From an uncultured candidate division Zixibacteria bacterium (lineage in GTDB: Bacteria > Zixibacteria > MSB-5A5 > UBA10806), in assembly GCA_963801605.1 (NCBI GenBank), contig CAWDFP010000007.1, positions 392,285 through 456,284 of the forward strand: a stretch of DNA of 64,000 nt, in the 5' to 3' direction. The notes below the pieces were generated by a model. The model was not told the origin of the DNA and ran no database searches. It was given only the letters and a program-made list of their open reading frames with translations. The number at the start of each line of letters is the position of its first letter. Position 1 is the stretch's first letter. This document shows, one piece after another, positions 34,301 to 43,115 of this stretch. The translations under genes and the position numbers were made by a program.

Positions 34301-35082
34301 GTTCCTGCGGGTTGGAAGCCAATATGAAACCAGCGATCATTCCCGCCGGTGATACTGTCATGAGGCGCCGCAGTGAATGTTCCACCGTTAAGCTGGAGAT
34401 ATAAGCTGTCGGAAACGACAGTGCCGTCAATATCCTGAATAGTAGACTTGACGTTGACAAAAGTGTCGGGGTAAACGTTTCCGGCAGGTATTCTTACGGT
34501 CGGGCCAACAACGGGAGGCGTATTGCCCTGGGGAACCTGACCCCAAAGAACAACATCGTCAACCCAGATACTGTCTCTACGGCCGTAGACGCCGCCGTAG
34601 AATCTCAATTGAACAGTCAAACTTGTAGAATTGTATCTGGCGGTATCTGACCAGGTATAGAGCGTCCAATTATCAATATCAGTTGAATAAGTGGAGGGGC
34701 CGCTGCTTCCTGACGGTGAGAAGAAGAACCAAACGCGAACGCGCGGATTATTTATATCGGGAGTGTAATCGTAAACCCATAAGCTGCAGGAATAAGTGGT
34801 TCCGGGAACAACTGGTATGGGCGCGTGATCTAATCTGAGTGTGCCTGAAGAATCATAAACAACTTTAACGCTGTAAGTTCCGGAATGAACTCGTCCGGTT
34901 TCCTGCAAAGCGCTGATACGCGGAGTGGCAAGTGTCCAATTATCGGGCGGACCGCCTGGACCGTTGTTATTCCATAATTCCATACCCCCATTGGCCATTA
35001 CCTGCTGGTCTTGGGCAAGCGCCGGTACCCAGGCAGATATAAGAACAATCGGGATAAGTAGCCACAGTAGATTTTTTTTCAT
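31384..35082 (-). CDS. Large secreted protein: CBM-like domain, Ig-like domain, three OB-fold modules, CarboxypepD_reg-like domain and a dockerin
   Basis: Signal peptide; NGGMELW...PDNW (CBM4/9-like start); three repeats of V.GIV...F.LQD...GLY.Y...VGD.V.V.G...EYY..TEL...E.YE...PR...D; terminal GDANNSHVFNGLDVTY / GDVNASCSFNGLDVTY. Confidence 0.82.
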   Translation of the reverse strand: MKKNLLWLLIPIVLISAWVPALAQDQQVMANGGMELWNNNGPGGPPDNWTLATPRISALQETGRVHSGTYSVKVVYDSSGTLRLDHAPIPVVPGTTYSCSLWVYDYTPDINNPRVRVWFFFSPSGSSGPSTYSTDIDNWTLYTWSDTARYNSTSLTVQLRFYGGVYGRRDSIWVDDVVLWGQVPQGNTPPVVGPTVRIPAGNVYPDTFVNVKSTIQDIDGTVVSDSLYLQLNGGTFTAAPHDSITGGNDRWFHIGFQPAGTIVNYYVVATDDDGGRSQSQTFTYTVFGYATPYVPIYSVQHTTVQGTLPNCFPTDSLGMGETVTGIVVGRYERSTAGYHMRFFLQDATTPWSGLYVYQSIDTVQVGDSVTVTGIMGEYYAETELSPVSVLTKHSPGHTLPAPNVITCATLGLDSCSATAEPYEGMIIQINNITLIDTLPRPDNGEFLGIDGSGDTCIVSNDLSLGGVDSCVFQMNHQYTYIRGIGRYTYGRYRIMPRTSADLFTAPTVCTGMNIFTLENSLDPGTGDNCWPSPYAGTYQSVCGIVTAVRQATYGTFYLQDQGNTAWGGLYSYDYTLPNGDPVNAHVGDYVQVNGFINEYYGWTELDTIQSFTVLGPSQPLPDTSIVTVATLALKCDYSTEPLESELIRINNVTVLSAGSQLDGKYWIRDNTSTDSIRIDDDMWVGGTNIPSPLPSTGGVYDYIIGVLRWEGRTTSPNVQGWILMPRSGSDYQIGIIPEPNIVAVWPIDNTQLAVTFDRAMNTTSISNPSFYSTVHGLSILGAAASGNRKAILTTAAQPNNSIDSLIVNGVCDSVNVCMVTPHYKLYHSGITSISVVQTPSAGGDSTIYIGDIFTSKVVVTSDSTTSQPSNIFGYDQSGPPYRGIHMYVGGVTPRPVVGDTIIATGKAIEYFQETELSDVSVYGNMQIVGTGPAPIPYQIATSDLMAHGEYYESDLVTDCDSFVVTNTAFDAYGWIIHSLTNPSESLMVVKNGLWTRYTYVPVLGDRIRGITGVYRFEHSFFRISPRTNADFNSSSVWCAGPEGTIAGIVYDHDGTTPLEGVTIITHNAAEVEVGNNLSGVGGTWSLLLPPATYHEHLSKAGYVNNIINNIVVTADQTTNVNATMLESPTGCDYAVGDANNSHVFNGLDVTYSVGYFKGGPPPPYSCECTPGHTWFVAGDVNASCSFNGLDVTYMVSYFKGGPMVHGCPDCLPIVDLAPLVAPQPKVDTQNAQ

Positions 35083-35598
35083 ACTGTCTCCTTCGTCGTG
35101 TGACGTTGAAAATTGTTTTGAAGCTTTCCTGATTCCTGATTCCCTAAAATTTTGTTTGGTTAAAAAGTTTAATTTTAAAAGTTAACTGAAAATTAATCGC
35201 TATTTGTTAACGAGTTATTAGCAAATGATTTTATTGCTGTGAGAATCTGCATTTTCCCAACCGAAACCGAGATTGATTTAAACCGAACATGCGCAAAAAC
35301 CTTCAACCATCGCATATAGAATGCTGATTGACAGGTTGGCGCTAAAACCCCGCATCAAAGCGTTTTGAATCGGACGATTTCAAGAAGATGTCTGTCTTAA
35401 GTTTACCTCTACCCTACCGTTGCAGAAAAGGATCAGTTCGAAGACTAAATAAAACGCTATACGCAAATAATTAACATATAATAGCCTATTCTGTCAATCA
35501 CAAATAGCATAATTTAAAAATATTTTTTTAACCTGATTTACTTAAATAATCGCGATTGGGAAATAATATTTAGTAAAATGGAAAGGAGAATCGCAAAA

Positions 35599-36147
35599 TT
35601 ATGCATATTTATCGCCGAATATGGCGGAAATTATCATGTGTGCCGATTTTTCGATGCTAAGTCTTTCGGAATCAATAGCTAAAAAGGGAAGTTCCTCTTT
35701 AGCGTAAGGATTACCATATCCGGCAATTTTCAATTCGCCTTGAATGGCTCGTTCATATAGCTTTTCGATTTTGGCGCGGTCGGTTCGGACTCGTTCTCTT
35801 TCGATACAGAGCTCCAATGGGCAGTGCACATAGATGACGCCGAAATTAGGAATCATTTCGCGGCAGAGAGCGCGACCGGTCCCCTCTCCGTCGACAGAAT
35901 CAATGATGACATTGACTCCATGCCGGTTGAGAATATAGGCGATATAAACCGAACTGCGGTAAACATACTCCCGTTCTTCTTTGGTGAAGACCGGATTGGG
36001 AGTAATGATTTGACGAATTTCGTCAAGGCGAAGGTATTCAACCTTCGTTTGGCGCTGATTAAGAAGCTCAAGCAATGCTTTGGCGATCGTTGTTTTTCCG
36101 GAACCGGACAGGCCAGTTATCCAGATCGTCCAGGGGGAATTAAGCAT
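35599..36147 (-). CDS. Adenylyl-sulfate kinase (CysC)-like P-loop kinase
   Basis: IWITGLSGSGKTTIA, LDEIRQ, IYVHCPLELCIERE. Substrate uncertain; no sulfate-activation genes nearby. Confidence 0.7.
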   Translation of the reverse strand: MLNSPWTIWITGLSGSGKTTIAKALLELLNQRQTKVEYLRLDEIRQIITPNPVFTKEEREYVYRSSVYIAYILNRHGVNVIIDSVDGEGTGRALCREMIPNFGVIYVHCPLELCIERERVRTDRAKIEKLYERAIQGELKIAGYGNPYAKEELPFLAIDSERLSIEKSAHMIISAIFGDKYA

Positions 36148-36299
36148 GAACGCATTGTAAGGGTAATACGGAATGGTGTCAACAAAATTTGAAAAAATTA
36201 TTTATACCTGGAAAATAATAAAAAATAAACGATATCGCCGGTTATGCACTGAGCATACGAACAATACATTGAGATGTAAAATTGCCCGAAATGCCCGAA

Positions 36300-37049
36300 C
36301 TACGATTTTTTTATCATCCAGAGCTTTTGGCAGATTTCCTCAAGATGAGCGCCGAGAATGTCAGGCTTGTCGGTTATTTCGGGTTCATTTTCGAAAACGG
36401 CGTAAGGTATTTTCAGGCCTTTGACGATAAGGAACCGAGGATCTTTCGATGAGAACTTATTCCAATCGGATTCCTTATACAGCATTTCAAGCTTTTTATC
36501 CTCGAGAGCATGTTCGAGAATGCTATCCGGCTTGTTGGGGTTGAATCGTCGGCGATTCTTGCGAAGGGATTCCTCGAAAGAAACATTGATATAAATCGAG
36601 ACGGCCTTTTTGAGAATTTCATCGGAGAGGAAATCGAAAGCGCGAGCAAAACCGCCATGCTCGGCGCCCCGGGAAAATTCGATAATAACGGTTTTATTTT
36701 CATGCAGCTTATTATCGTCACGAAGCTTTTTCAGATATTGATCATTGAGCTTTTCAATCAGAAAATTCCAAAACCAATCCTCTTTAAAAGTAAAGCCCTG
36801 ATAACGCTGGCCCTGAAATTCATAGGTGGTATCGGTAAAATAACGGGGCTGGCCGAGTTTTTCGAAGATGTTATCATCCTGGAAGCGTTCCCAGAGAATG
36901 GGAAAATCATCGATCTCCTCAAATTCCCCAATGTGGAAGCGGCGCAGGCGTTCGGCTACCGGAATGTGCTTAAGATAATCGATAATCTCGGACTTGCCGG
37001 CGGCTGGTCGGCCATTAAGAATAATGATATCGAAATTATTTTGGCTCAT
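36300..37049 (-). CDS. Uncharacterised P-loop NTPase/kinase-like protein
   Basis: N-terminal IIILNGRPAAGKSEI Walker A and VIIEFSRG. Confidence 0.65.
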   Translation of the reverse strand: MSQNNFDIIILNGRPAAGKSEIIDYLKHIPVAERLRRFHIGEFEEIDDFPILWERFQDDNIFEKLGQPRYFTDTTYEFQGQRYQGFTFKEDWFWNFLIEKLNDQYLKKLRDDNKLHENKTVIIEFSRGAEHGGFARAFDFLSDEILKKAVSIYINVSFEESLRKNRRRFNPNKPDSILEHALEDKKLEMLYKESDWNKFSSKDPRFLIVKGLKIPYAVFENEPEITDKPDILGAHLEEICQKLWMIKKS

Positions 37050-37216
37050 ATTTGATCCCTTTCTATGTTGCAAATAAACGACTTACGAGCGTGCCGTCAA
37101 GTTATTATTATTATCGGTAAGGAGGCAGGATTAATTAGAGGGGGTGTCGCGTCATTTTGTGGTCAAGACAAGGCTCTACAAGTATGCTAATAAATCTTGG
37201 TCTCGTTAATATATAA

Positions 37217-37242
37217 TAGCGACACGGCATGCCGTGTCTCTA
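37217..37242. repeat. REP-like palindrome
   Basis: Perfect 18-bp palindrome GACACGGCATGCCGTGTC with decayed (G)TAG...CTA(C) ends, intergenic. Confidence 0.55.
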
Positions 37243-37255
37243 AAGGAAAATTCAT

Positions 37256-37285
37256 AAAAAAACCGGGGTCCGCAGGGGACCCCGG
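37256..37285 (-). terminator. Rho-independent terminator after ino1
   Basis: CCGGGGTCC-loop-GGACCCCGG next to an A7 run. Confidence 0.8.
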
Positions 37286-37308
37286 CTACAGAATGCAATG
37301 AAATTTAC

Positions 37309-38508
37309 TTACTTTACGGTCTTCTTCCCTTTTGGCAGGGTGATACGCGATTTGCCGTCAGGAGATGGTTCGGGCGCCTTAGCCAGAATGCGTTTACCAG
37401 GCTTTTGACCATTGCCGCTGACCTCTACAGACTTACCGCCGTAGGCAGCAATAAACTCCTCGGTCTTGTTCAGAGCTTCGACATCAGTGTATTGCTGGGG
37501 AGGAGATTTCATAAAGTATGAGGCCGGGCCGAACAGGCTGCCGGAGATTTTATTATCGAGAGCCAGTTTCACACAACGGACAGCGTCAATAACGACACCG
37601 GCGGAATTGGGAGAATCCCAGACCTCAAGTTTAAGTTCGAGATTCAAGGGAACATCGCCAAAGGTTCTGCCTTCGAGACGTATATAGGCCCATTTGCGGT
37701 CGGCGAGCCAGGCCACGTAATCGGACGGACCGATGTGAACGTTATTAGCGCCGATATCGTAATCGAGCTGGCTGGTGACGGCGTTAGTTTTGGAAATCTT
37801 TTTGGACTCCAATCGGGAACGCTCCAGCATATTATAGAAATCGGTATTGCCGCCAACGTTGAGCTGGCTGGTGCGTTCGAGACGCACGCCTCGCTCGCGG
37901 AACAGGCGGGTCAGGATACGATGCAGAATAGTGGCGCCAACCTGCGATTTGATATCATCGCCGATCATCGGGAGGCCGCGTTTGATGAAACGTTCCTGCC
38001 AGTATTTTTCACGAGCGATGAAAACCGGGATACAGTTAACGAAACCGCATCCGGCTTCGAGAATCTGTTCGACATACCACTTGGTGGCTTCCTCGGAGCC
38101 AACGGGCAGATAGTTGACGACGAGATCGGTACCGGTGTCTTTGAGAATTTTAACGATATCAGCGGTTGGTCCGGGGGCTTTCTCGATGATCTGAGAGAGA
38201 TAGTAGCCCAGGCCATCATGAGTCATGCCGCGGACAACTTTAACGCCAAGTTTCGAAACTTTAGCGAATTCGAATGTATTGTTGGGCTTGGCATAAATCG
38301 CCTCGCTGAGGTCTTTGCCAACTTTATTTTTATCAATATCGATAGCGGCCGAAAATTCGATATCGGAGATATGATAACCGCCCAGGTTGACATGCATCAA
38401 ACCGGGTACGAACTCTTTCTCCTTGGCATTTTTGTAGTACTGAACTCCCTGGACAAACGAAGAGGCGCAATTGCCAACTCCAATTATCCCAACTCTGACT
38501 TTCCCCAT
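37309..38508 (-). CDS. ino1: Myo-inositol-1-phosphate synthase
   Basis: [61 protein letters not shown]. Confidence 0.96.
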   Translation of the reverse strand: MGKVRVGIIGVGNCASSFVQGVQYYKNAKEKEFVPGLMHVNLGGYHISDIEFSAAIDIDKNKVGKDLSEAIYAKPNNTFEFAKVSKLGVKVVRGMTHDGLGYYLSQIIEKAPGPTADIVKILKDTGTDLVVNYLPVGSEEATKWYVEQILEAGCGFVNCIPVFIAREKYWQERFIKRGLPMIGDDIKSQVGATILHRILTRLFRERGVRLERTSQLNVGGNTDFYNMLERSRLESKKISKTNAVTSQLDYDIGANNVHIGPSDYVAWLADRKWAYIRLEGRTFGDVPLNLELKLEVWDSPNSAGVVIDAVRCVKLALDNKISGSLFGPASYFMKSPPQQYTDVEALNKTEEFIAAYGGKSVEVSGNGQKPGKRILAKAPEPSPDGKSRITLPKGKKTVK

Positions 38509-38521
38509 AACATTCCTCTTT

Positions 38522-39145
38522 TTATTGTGAAGTTAACTTTTTCCTTACGTGAACAACTCTTTGAAGCACGGTGATATTGGCCAATATGGCGATCAGCACC
38601 AGGGCAATTTTCATAGTGATGAATTGAATTCCCAGGGCGTGATCGATGGGGCCACCCAGAATGGCGGCCGTCGCCAAGAATGTAATCCTTTCCGGTCGTT
38701 GCATCAATCCGATTTTGCATTCGATGCCAAGCCCCTCGGCCCGCGCCCGAGCGTAGGATGTAAGCAATGATCCGGCAATAGCCAGAATGATAAGCATGCT
38801 GGTCAGCACGGAATTAAAAAACGCCGCCAGCCCCATAAACGTTACCAATTCCGAATAGCGATCGATAGTGGAATCGAAAATGGCGCCGAAGGCGGTGCTC
38901 CGTTTGGTATTGCGCGCCAGCCGTCCATCGAGAACATCGCAAGCACCCGAGAGAATCAACGCGATGCCGCCAGACACAAAATAACCTTTCCAAAAGAACA
39001 GCCCCGAAAGAACAGAAAAGAGAAAGCCGGCGACGGTTACAACATTGGGATGAACTCTCATGGATTCCAATAGTTTGCCTATGGGATCAACAAGGGCATA
39101 GAAACCTGTGGTAAAATGTTTGCTTAAAATTCTCACGTTGTCCAT
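38522..39145 (-). CDS. CDP-alcohol phosphatidyltransferase, probably a phosphatidylinositol-phosphate synthase
   Basis: [15 protein letters not shown]...[10 protein letters not shown] signature, [19 protein letters not shown]; adjacent to ino1. Confidence 0.88.
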   Translation of the reverse strand: MDNVRILSKHFTTGFYALVDPIGKLLESMRVHPNVVTVAGFLFSVLSGLFFWKGYFVSGGIALILSGACDVLDGRLARNTKRSTAFGAIFDSTIDRYSELVTFMGLAAFFNSVLTSMLIILAIAGSLLTSYARARAEGLGIECKIGLMQRPERITFLATAAILGGPIDHALGIQFITMKIALVLIAILANITVLQRVVHVRKKLTSQ

Positions 39146-39215
39146 TCCGGATAAACGAAAATATCAAACCAGGCAGCGAAGTCAAGGTAAATCGCCGGCC
39201 CGATTAGATTTCGTC

Positions 39216-40136
39216 TCAGACCTCGATCTCAACCGCCTCACTGGGCTTAAGATCCGAGGCCTCGTTATCTTTTTCTCTGGCCCTAAGGAAACTATTCTGC
39301 CACCGAGATGTCAATACAATTGATACAGCCCCAATAATCAAGCCGACGACAACATCGGAAATATAATGATATCTGCCATACATGGTACTGATACAGAGCA
39401 TCACAAAACAAAATATCAAAGGCCAGGCGGCTCGCCGATATTCTTTAACCAGAAACCAGGTAAAGACCAGGCCTACGGCGCAGTGAGATGACGGCATGGC
39501 GGCGCCATGCAGGCCTCCGCTGGAAACAATCCTATGAGCCAGCGGCGTGAAAAAAGGACCGACAAGAGGCAGGTAATAAATATCCTCGAGATAAAAACGC
39601 GGGCCATAAACGGGAAACAAAATAAATATTATATAACATATATAGAAAGTTACGCAGACACCCAGGGCCGCTCTTTCAGTTGAATTATCACGGCGCCTCA
39701 ATACCAGAAAGATAAGCGCCATGAATGGAAGCAGATAATAATACATATAAAAGAAGCTCATTACCTCGTTGAGCCAGATCGTCATATATGGCTGCATGGC
39801 AAATGAAGTATCAAAACCGAGGAAATGAGTCTCAAGAGAGTTGATGAAACCATCGAATGTGCCGCGATGGAAAAGATGAATCTGTCTGGCTAAAGCTTCG
39901 TAAAGCAGCGGCATGAATAAAAGCGGATAGAACAGTCTGAGGGATTTTGTAATTCCGTATTTTCGAAAAAGCGCAAATACCAATACAATGCCGCAGGCCG
40001 AAAGATAAAACGTAAATAGAAAAAACCAGCCAGGCTGATTAGACATGAAGATTAAAACCAATAATGCCTCGAACAGGCAATAAATCAGAGTGGCGATATC
40101 GATCGGACGAAATCCGGGAGCGCCGTTATCAGTCAT
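39216..40136 (-). CDS. PAP2-superfamily membrane protein (Aur1/IPC-synthase-like)
   Basis: Multiple TM segments, FPVYGPR, AAMPSSH, STMYGRYHYISDV. Confidence 0.8.
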   Translation of the reverse strand: MTDNGAPGFRPIDIATLIYCLFEALLVLIFMSNQPGWFFLFTFYLSACGIVLVFALFRKYGITKSLRLFYPLLFMPLLYEALARQIHLFHRGTFDGFINSLETHFLGFDTSFAMQPYMTIWLNEVMSFFYMYYYLLPFMALIFLVLRRRDNSTERAALGVCVTFYICYIIFILFPVYGPRFYLEDIYYLPLVGPFFTPLAHRIVSSGGLHGAAMPSSHCAVGLVFTWFLVKEYRRAAWPLIFCFVMLCISTMYGRYHYISDVVVGLIIGAVSIVLTSRWQNSFLRAREKDNEASDLKPSEAVEIEV

Positions 40137-40827
40137 TTCCGGTACCGGGGGCAATGATTACAATCTCCCCTTTTATGGTTCTATTTTCAAGCAAGGCGAT
40201 AATTTCCGAAATCTTTCCGCGCATTTTTTCTTCGAATTTCTTAGTTAGTTCCCGTCCAACAAATATTTCCCGATCCCCAAAAGCCTCGAGCATGACGGGC
40301 AAGCTTTTTAATATACGAAATTGGGTTTCAAAAAATATCATCGTTCGCGGTTCAACCGCAAGTTCATCCAATCGTCGCTTGAGCTTGCCCGATGATTTTG
40401 GCAGGTAACCCTCGAAACAGAATCTATCCGTAGGGAAACCGGAGGCAACCAGAGCCGCCAGGATCGATGACGGGCCGGGAATGGGGATGATTTCAATGCC
40501 CTCGGAAACGGCTAAATTAACCAGCCGATAACCGGGATCGGAAACAAGCGGCGTACCGGCATCGCTGATCAGGGCGACTGATTTGCCGTCCTTAAGAAGA
40601 GCAACGAGATCGGGCGCTTTCTGACGTTCGTTGTGTTCATGATAGCTCGTCTGGGGCGTGGGAATATTGAAATGCTTAAGCAGAATACCGCTGTTGCGAG
40701 TATCCTCGGAGGCAATGAGAGCCACACTTTTAAGCGTTTCTATAGCCCTGATAGAAATATCGCCGAGATTCCCGATGGGCGTAGATACTATATAGAGCGT
40801 CCCGGGCGTGAACTGTGTTGAGGTCAT
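40129..40827 (-). CDS. rsmI: 16S rRNA (cytidine1402-2'-O)-methyltransferase
   Basis: LYIVSTPIGNLGDIS, EDTR, ISDAGTPLVSDPG, RELTKKFEE. Confidence 0.95.
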   Translation of the reverse strand: MTSTQFTPGTLYIVSTPIGNLGDISIRAIETLKSVALIASEDTRNSGILLKHFNIPTPQTSYHEHNERQKAPDLVALLKDGKSVALISDAGTPLVSDPGYRLVNLAVSEGIEIIPIPGPSSILAALVASGFPTDRFCFEGYLPKSSGKLKRRLDELAVEPRTMIFFETQFRILKSLPVMLEAFGDREIFVGRELTKKFEEKMRGKISEIIALLENRTIKGEIVIIAPGTGND

Positions 40828-41654
40828 TTGCCCCAATCCCGGGGATAACGAAAATCGATCCCCACGGTACGATTGGATAGCTTGGCTATTATGGGAGTGG
40901 AACGTTTAAATTGGTTTACGACTATCATTTTAATTACCCGGTCAATAAGCTCCCGGCTGTAACCGGCTTTTTCACATTGGGCCGACGAATATCTTTCATC
41001 AACGAGCAGATAGAGCAAACCATCAACATCGTTGTATGTAAATCCATAATCAGCCTCATCGGTCTGGCCGGCAAAAAGATCGGCTGACGGCGGCTTGGCG
41101 ATTATCTTCTCCGGTATGCCGAGATGCCGGGCCAAAATACGAACCTGAGTTTTGTAGAGATCTCCAATAGGGTTGATGGCGCAAGCGAGATCACCAAAGA
41201 TGGTGCCATAGCCAAGGAGGATTTCGGTTTTGTTCGACGTGCCTATTACAAGAGCTTTTTCTCTGGCGGAGAGATCGTAGAGGATACTCATTCGCTCACG
41301 AGCCATTTTATTTCCGCGACGAACACGGTCAGCGTCAGGAAATCTCCCGAAATAGGAATCGATCTGGGCGGTGATATCAACCTCATATTTTTTAATACCG
41401 AGTTTATCGGCCAATTCATTGGCATCAGCGCTGCTATCCGGGTTGGAAGATTTATAGGGCATGATGGCCGCTATCACATTTTCTTGGCCGATAGCCCTGA
41501 CAGAAAGATCGGCTACCACGGCGGAATCCAATCCGCCGGACAGTCCCACAATCAGGCGGCTGAAGCCGGGCTTGGAAAGTTCATCTTTAATAAAGGATGT
41601 TAATAGCCCCAGAGTGATGTTAAAATCCAAACCCAGGTTATCCGATTTAGTCAT
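40824..41654 (-). CDS. nadE: NAD+ synthetase, synthetase subunit
   Basis: GLSGGLDS, GNKMARERM, GTSNKTE, GDLYKTQV, KPPSADL..GQTDE. Confidence 0.95.
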   Translation of the reverse strand: MTKSDNLGLDFNITLGLLTSFIKDELSKPGFSRLIVGLSGGLDSAVVADLSVRAIGQENVIAAIMPYKSSNPDSSADANELADKLGIKKYEVDITAQIDSYFGRFPDADRVRRGNKMARERMSILYDLSAREKALVIGTSNKTEILLGYGTIFGDLACAINPIGDLYKTQVRILARHLGIPEKIIAKPPSADLFAGQTDEADYGFTYNDVDGLLYLLVDERYSSAQCEKAGYSRELIDRVIKMIVVNQFKRSTPIIAKLSNRTVGIDFRYPRDWGK

Positions 41655-42511
41655 ACCTTATCATCCTCCGGCCGATTCATCGACCAGATTTGCTGCAGTT
41701 CCCGAAGGCAGAAATCGATTCGTTCGTCGCGCAACAACGGAGATTTTACACGTGAGCGCCTAATGACATCGAGATCAATCTCCGCGAATATTATCTCCTC
41801 ATTATTATATGATCCTTTCACCAATCGTTCGCCAAAAGGATCGACAATTTCGGAACCGCCCCAGAATACTACGCCATCCTCAACGCCCACTCTATTAACA
41901 AAAACGAGATAGACTGAATGATTCATTGCGTAGAAAGTGTTCATCCGCTCCCAGGTGCCGGCCGAACCGATGCCATCAGGACTCTGGATGCCACGGGCAG
42001 TCCCATTAGCGATACTGATGACAAGCAAGGCTCCTTTTAAGGTCAGGATCAGCGGGCAGATCGAATGCCAGATATCCTCGCAGATGAGCAGACCGGACCG
42101 TCCGAATTTGGTATCGAAAGTGCCGAGGGATGTGCCCATCGCAAAATGCCGTCCCTCCTCAAACATGCCATAAGTGGGCAGATAAACTTTGCGGTGAGCA
42201 TGCACGATTTTACCGCCTGAGAGATAAAGCGCGCTATTAAAATAAAGAAATTCTTTCGATTCTTCAACCAAACCAACAACTATATCGATCTCGCGGGAGC
42301 GAGCGATAAGCGGTTCAAGCCGGGGATCATCAAGTCGAATTGCCACTTCATTGGTTAAATCGCGAAGAGTATATCCTGTCAGAGATAATTCCGGAAAAAT
42401 GACTAGATCGGCTTTAGCGGCAAGGGCCCGACCGATAAAATCCTGATGTTTGACGAGGTTTTGGTCGAATCCGGCCAAAACAGATTTGATCTGGGCAAGC
42501 GCTATTCTCAT
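41651..42511 (-). CDS. Nitrilase-fold glutaminase, probable separate subunit of NAD synthetase
   Basis: MRIALAQI; E-K-C triad in FPELSLTGY, RKVYLPTYGMFEE and ICED; stop overlaps the nadE start. Confidence 0.88.
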   Translation of the reverse strand: MRIALAQIKSVLAGFDQNLVKHQDFIGRALAAKADLVIFPELSLTGYTLRDLTNEVAIRLDDPRLEPLIARSREIDIVVGLVEESKEFLYFNSALYLSGGKIVHAHRKVYLPTYGMFEEGRHFAMGTSLGTFDTKFGRSGLLICEDIWHSICPLILTLKGALLVISIANGTARGIQSPDGIGSAGTWERMNTFYAMNHSVYLVFVNRVGVEDGVVFWGGSEIVDPFGERLVKGSYNNEEIIFAEIDLDVIRRSRVKSPLLRDERIDFCLRELQQIWSMNRPEDDKV

Positions 42512-42564
42512 AATAGGCAGATAAATATCAAATAGTTGGCCTGTCGGCAAGCGAAATCTGGGGA

Positions 42565-42593
42565 TTGACAGGGCGTGTAATCATGGTTATAAT
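42565..42593 (+). promoter_or_regulatory. Consensus sigma-70 promoter of ssb
   Basis: TTGACA-N17-TATAAT, followed by an AAGGAGG RBS and ATG at 42621. Confidence 0.85.
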
Positions 42594-42620
42594 ATGGAGA
42601 ATCTATTTTAAGGAGGACAG

Positions 42621-43038
42621 ATGGCATCTGTGAATAAAGCGATCCTGATCGGCAATCTTGGGAAAGACCCGGATAACCGCTATACACCGAACGGTCAGGC
42701 GGTAACCAGTTTCAGTTTGGCCACCACCGAAAAGTACAAAGATAAAAGCGGCGTTCAGCAAGCGCGCACCGAATGGCATAATGTGGTTTGCTGGGGCAGG
42801 CTGGCCGAGATCGCGCGTGACTATCTCAAAAAAGGAAATCCCGTTTATATCGAAGGGCGCATTCAATATCGCTCTTATGACGATAAAGAGGGAATCAAAA
42901 GATATCGGACTGAGATAGTTGCGGAAAAGCTGCAGCTTTTGGGCGGCAGGCCATCATCCGGAGAGGCAGCGCGCACCTGAATCGCCTGAGCTTCCGGAAC
43001 CGCAAATGTCCGCTGACGACGATGATCTTCCATTCTAA
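42621..43038 (+). CDS. ssb: Single-stranded DNA-binding protein; frameshift near 42972
   Basis: SVNKAILIGNLGKDP, TEWHNVVCW, VYIEGRI. The acidic tail ADDDDLPF* ends at 43038 in another frame. Confidence 0.95.
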
Positions 43039-43115
43039 GATTTAGCGTCTATTGACGGCCGTTGGGCGGCCGTCTCACGGCTAAGCTTCTGCCTTAGTAT
43101 CGGGCGGGCGCATGA

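Noticed and set aside
37735..38574. Long antisense ORFs such as 37735..38574, 51199..51879, 56667..57311, 4055..4690 and 62094..62636
   Set aside because: They are shadow frames opposite well-conserved genes and have no recognisable motifs.
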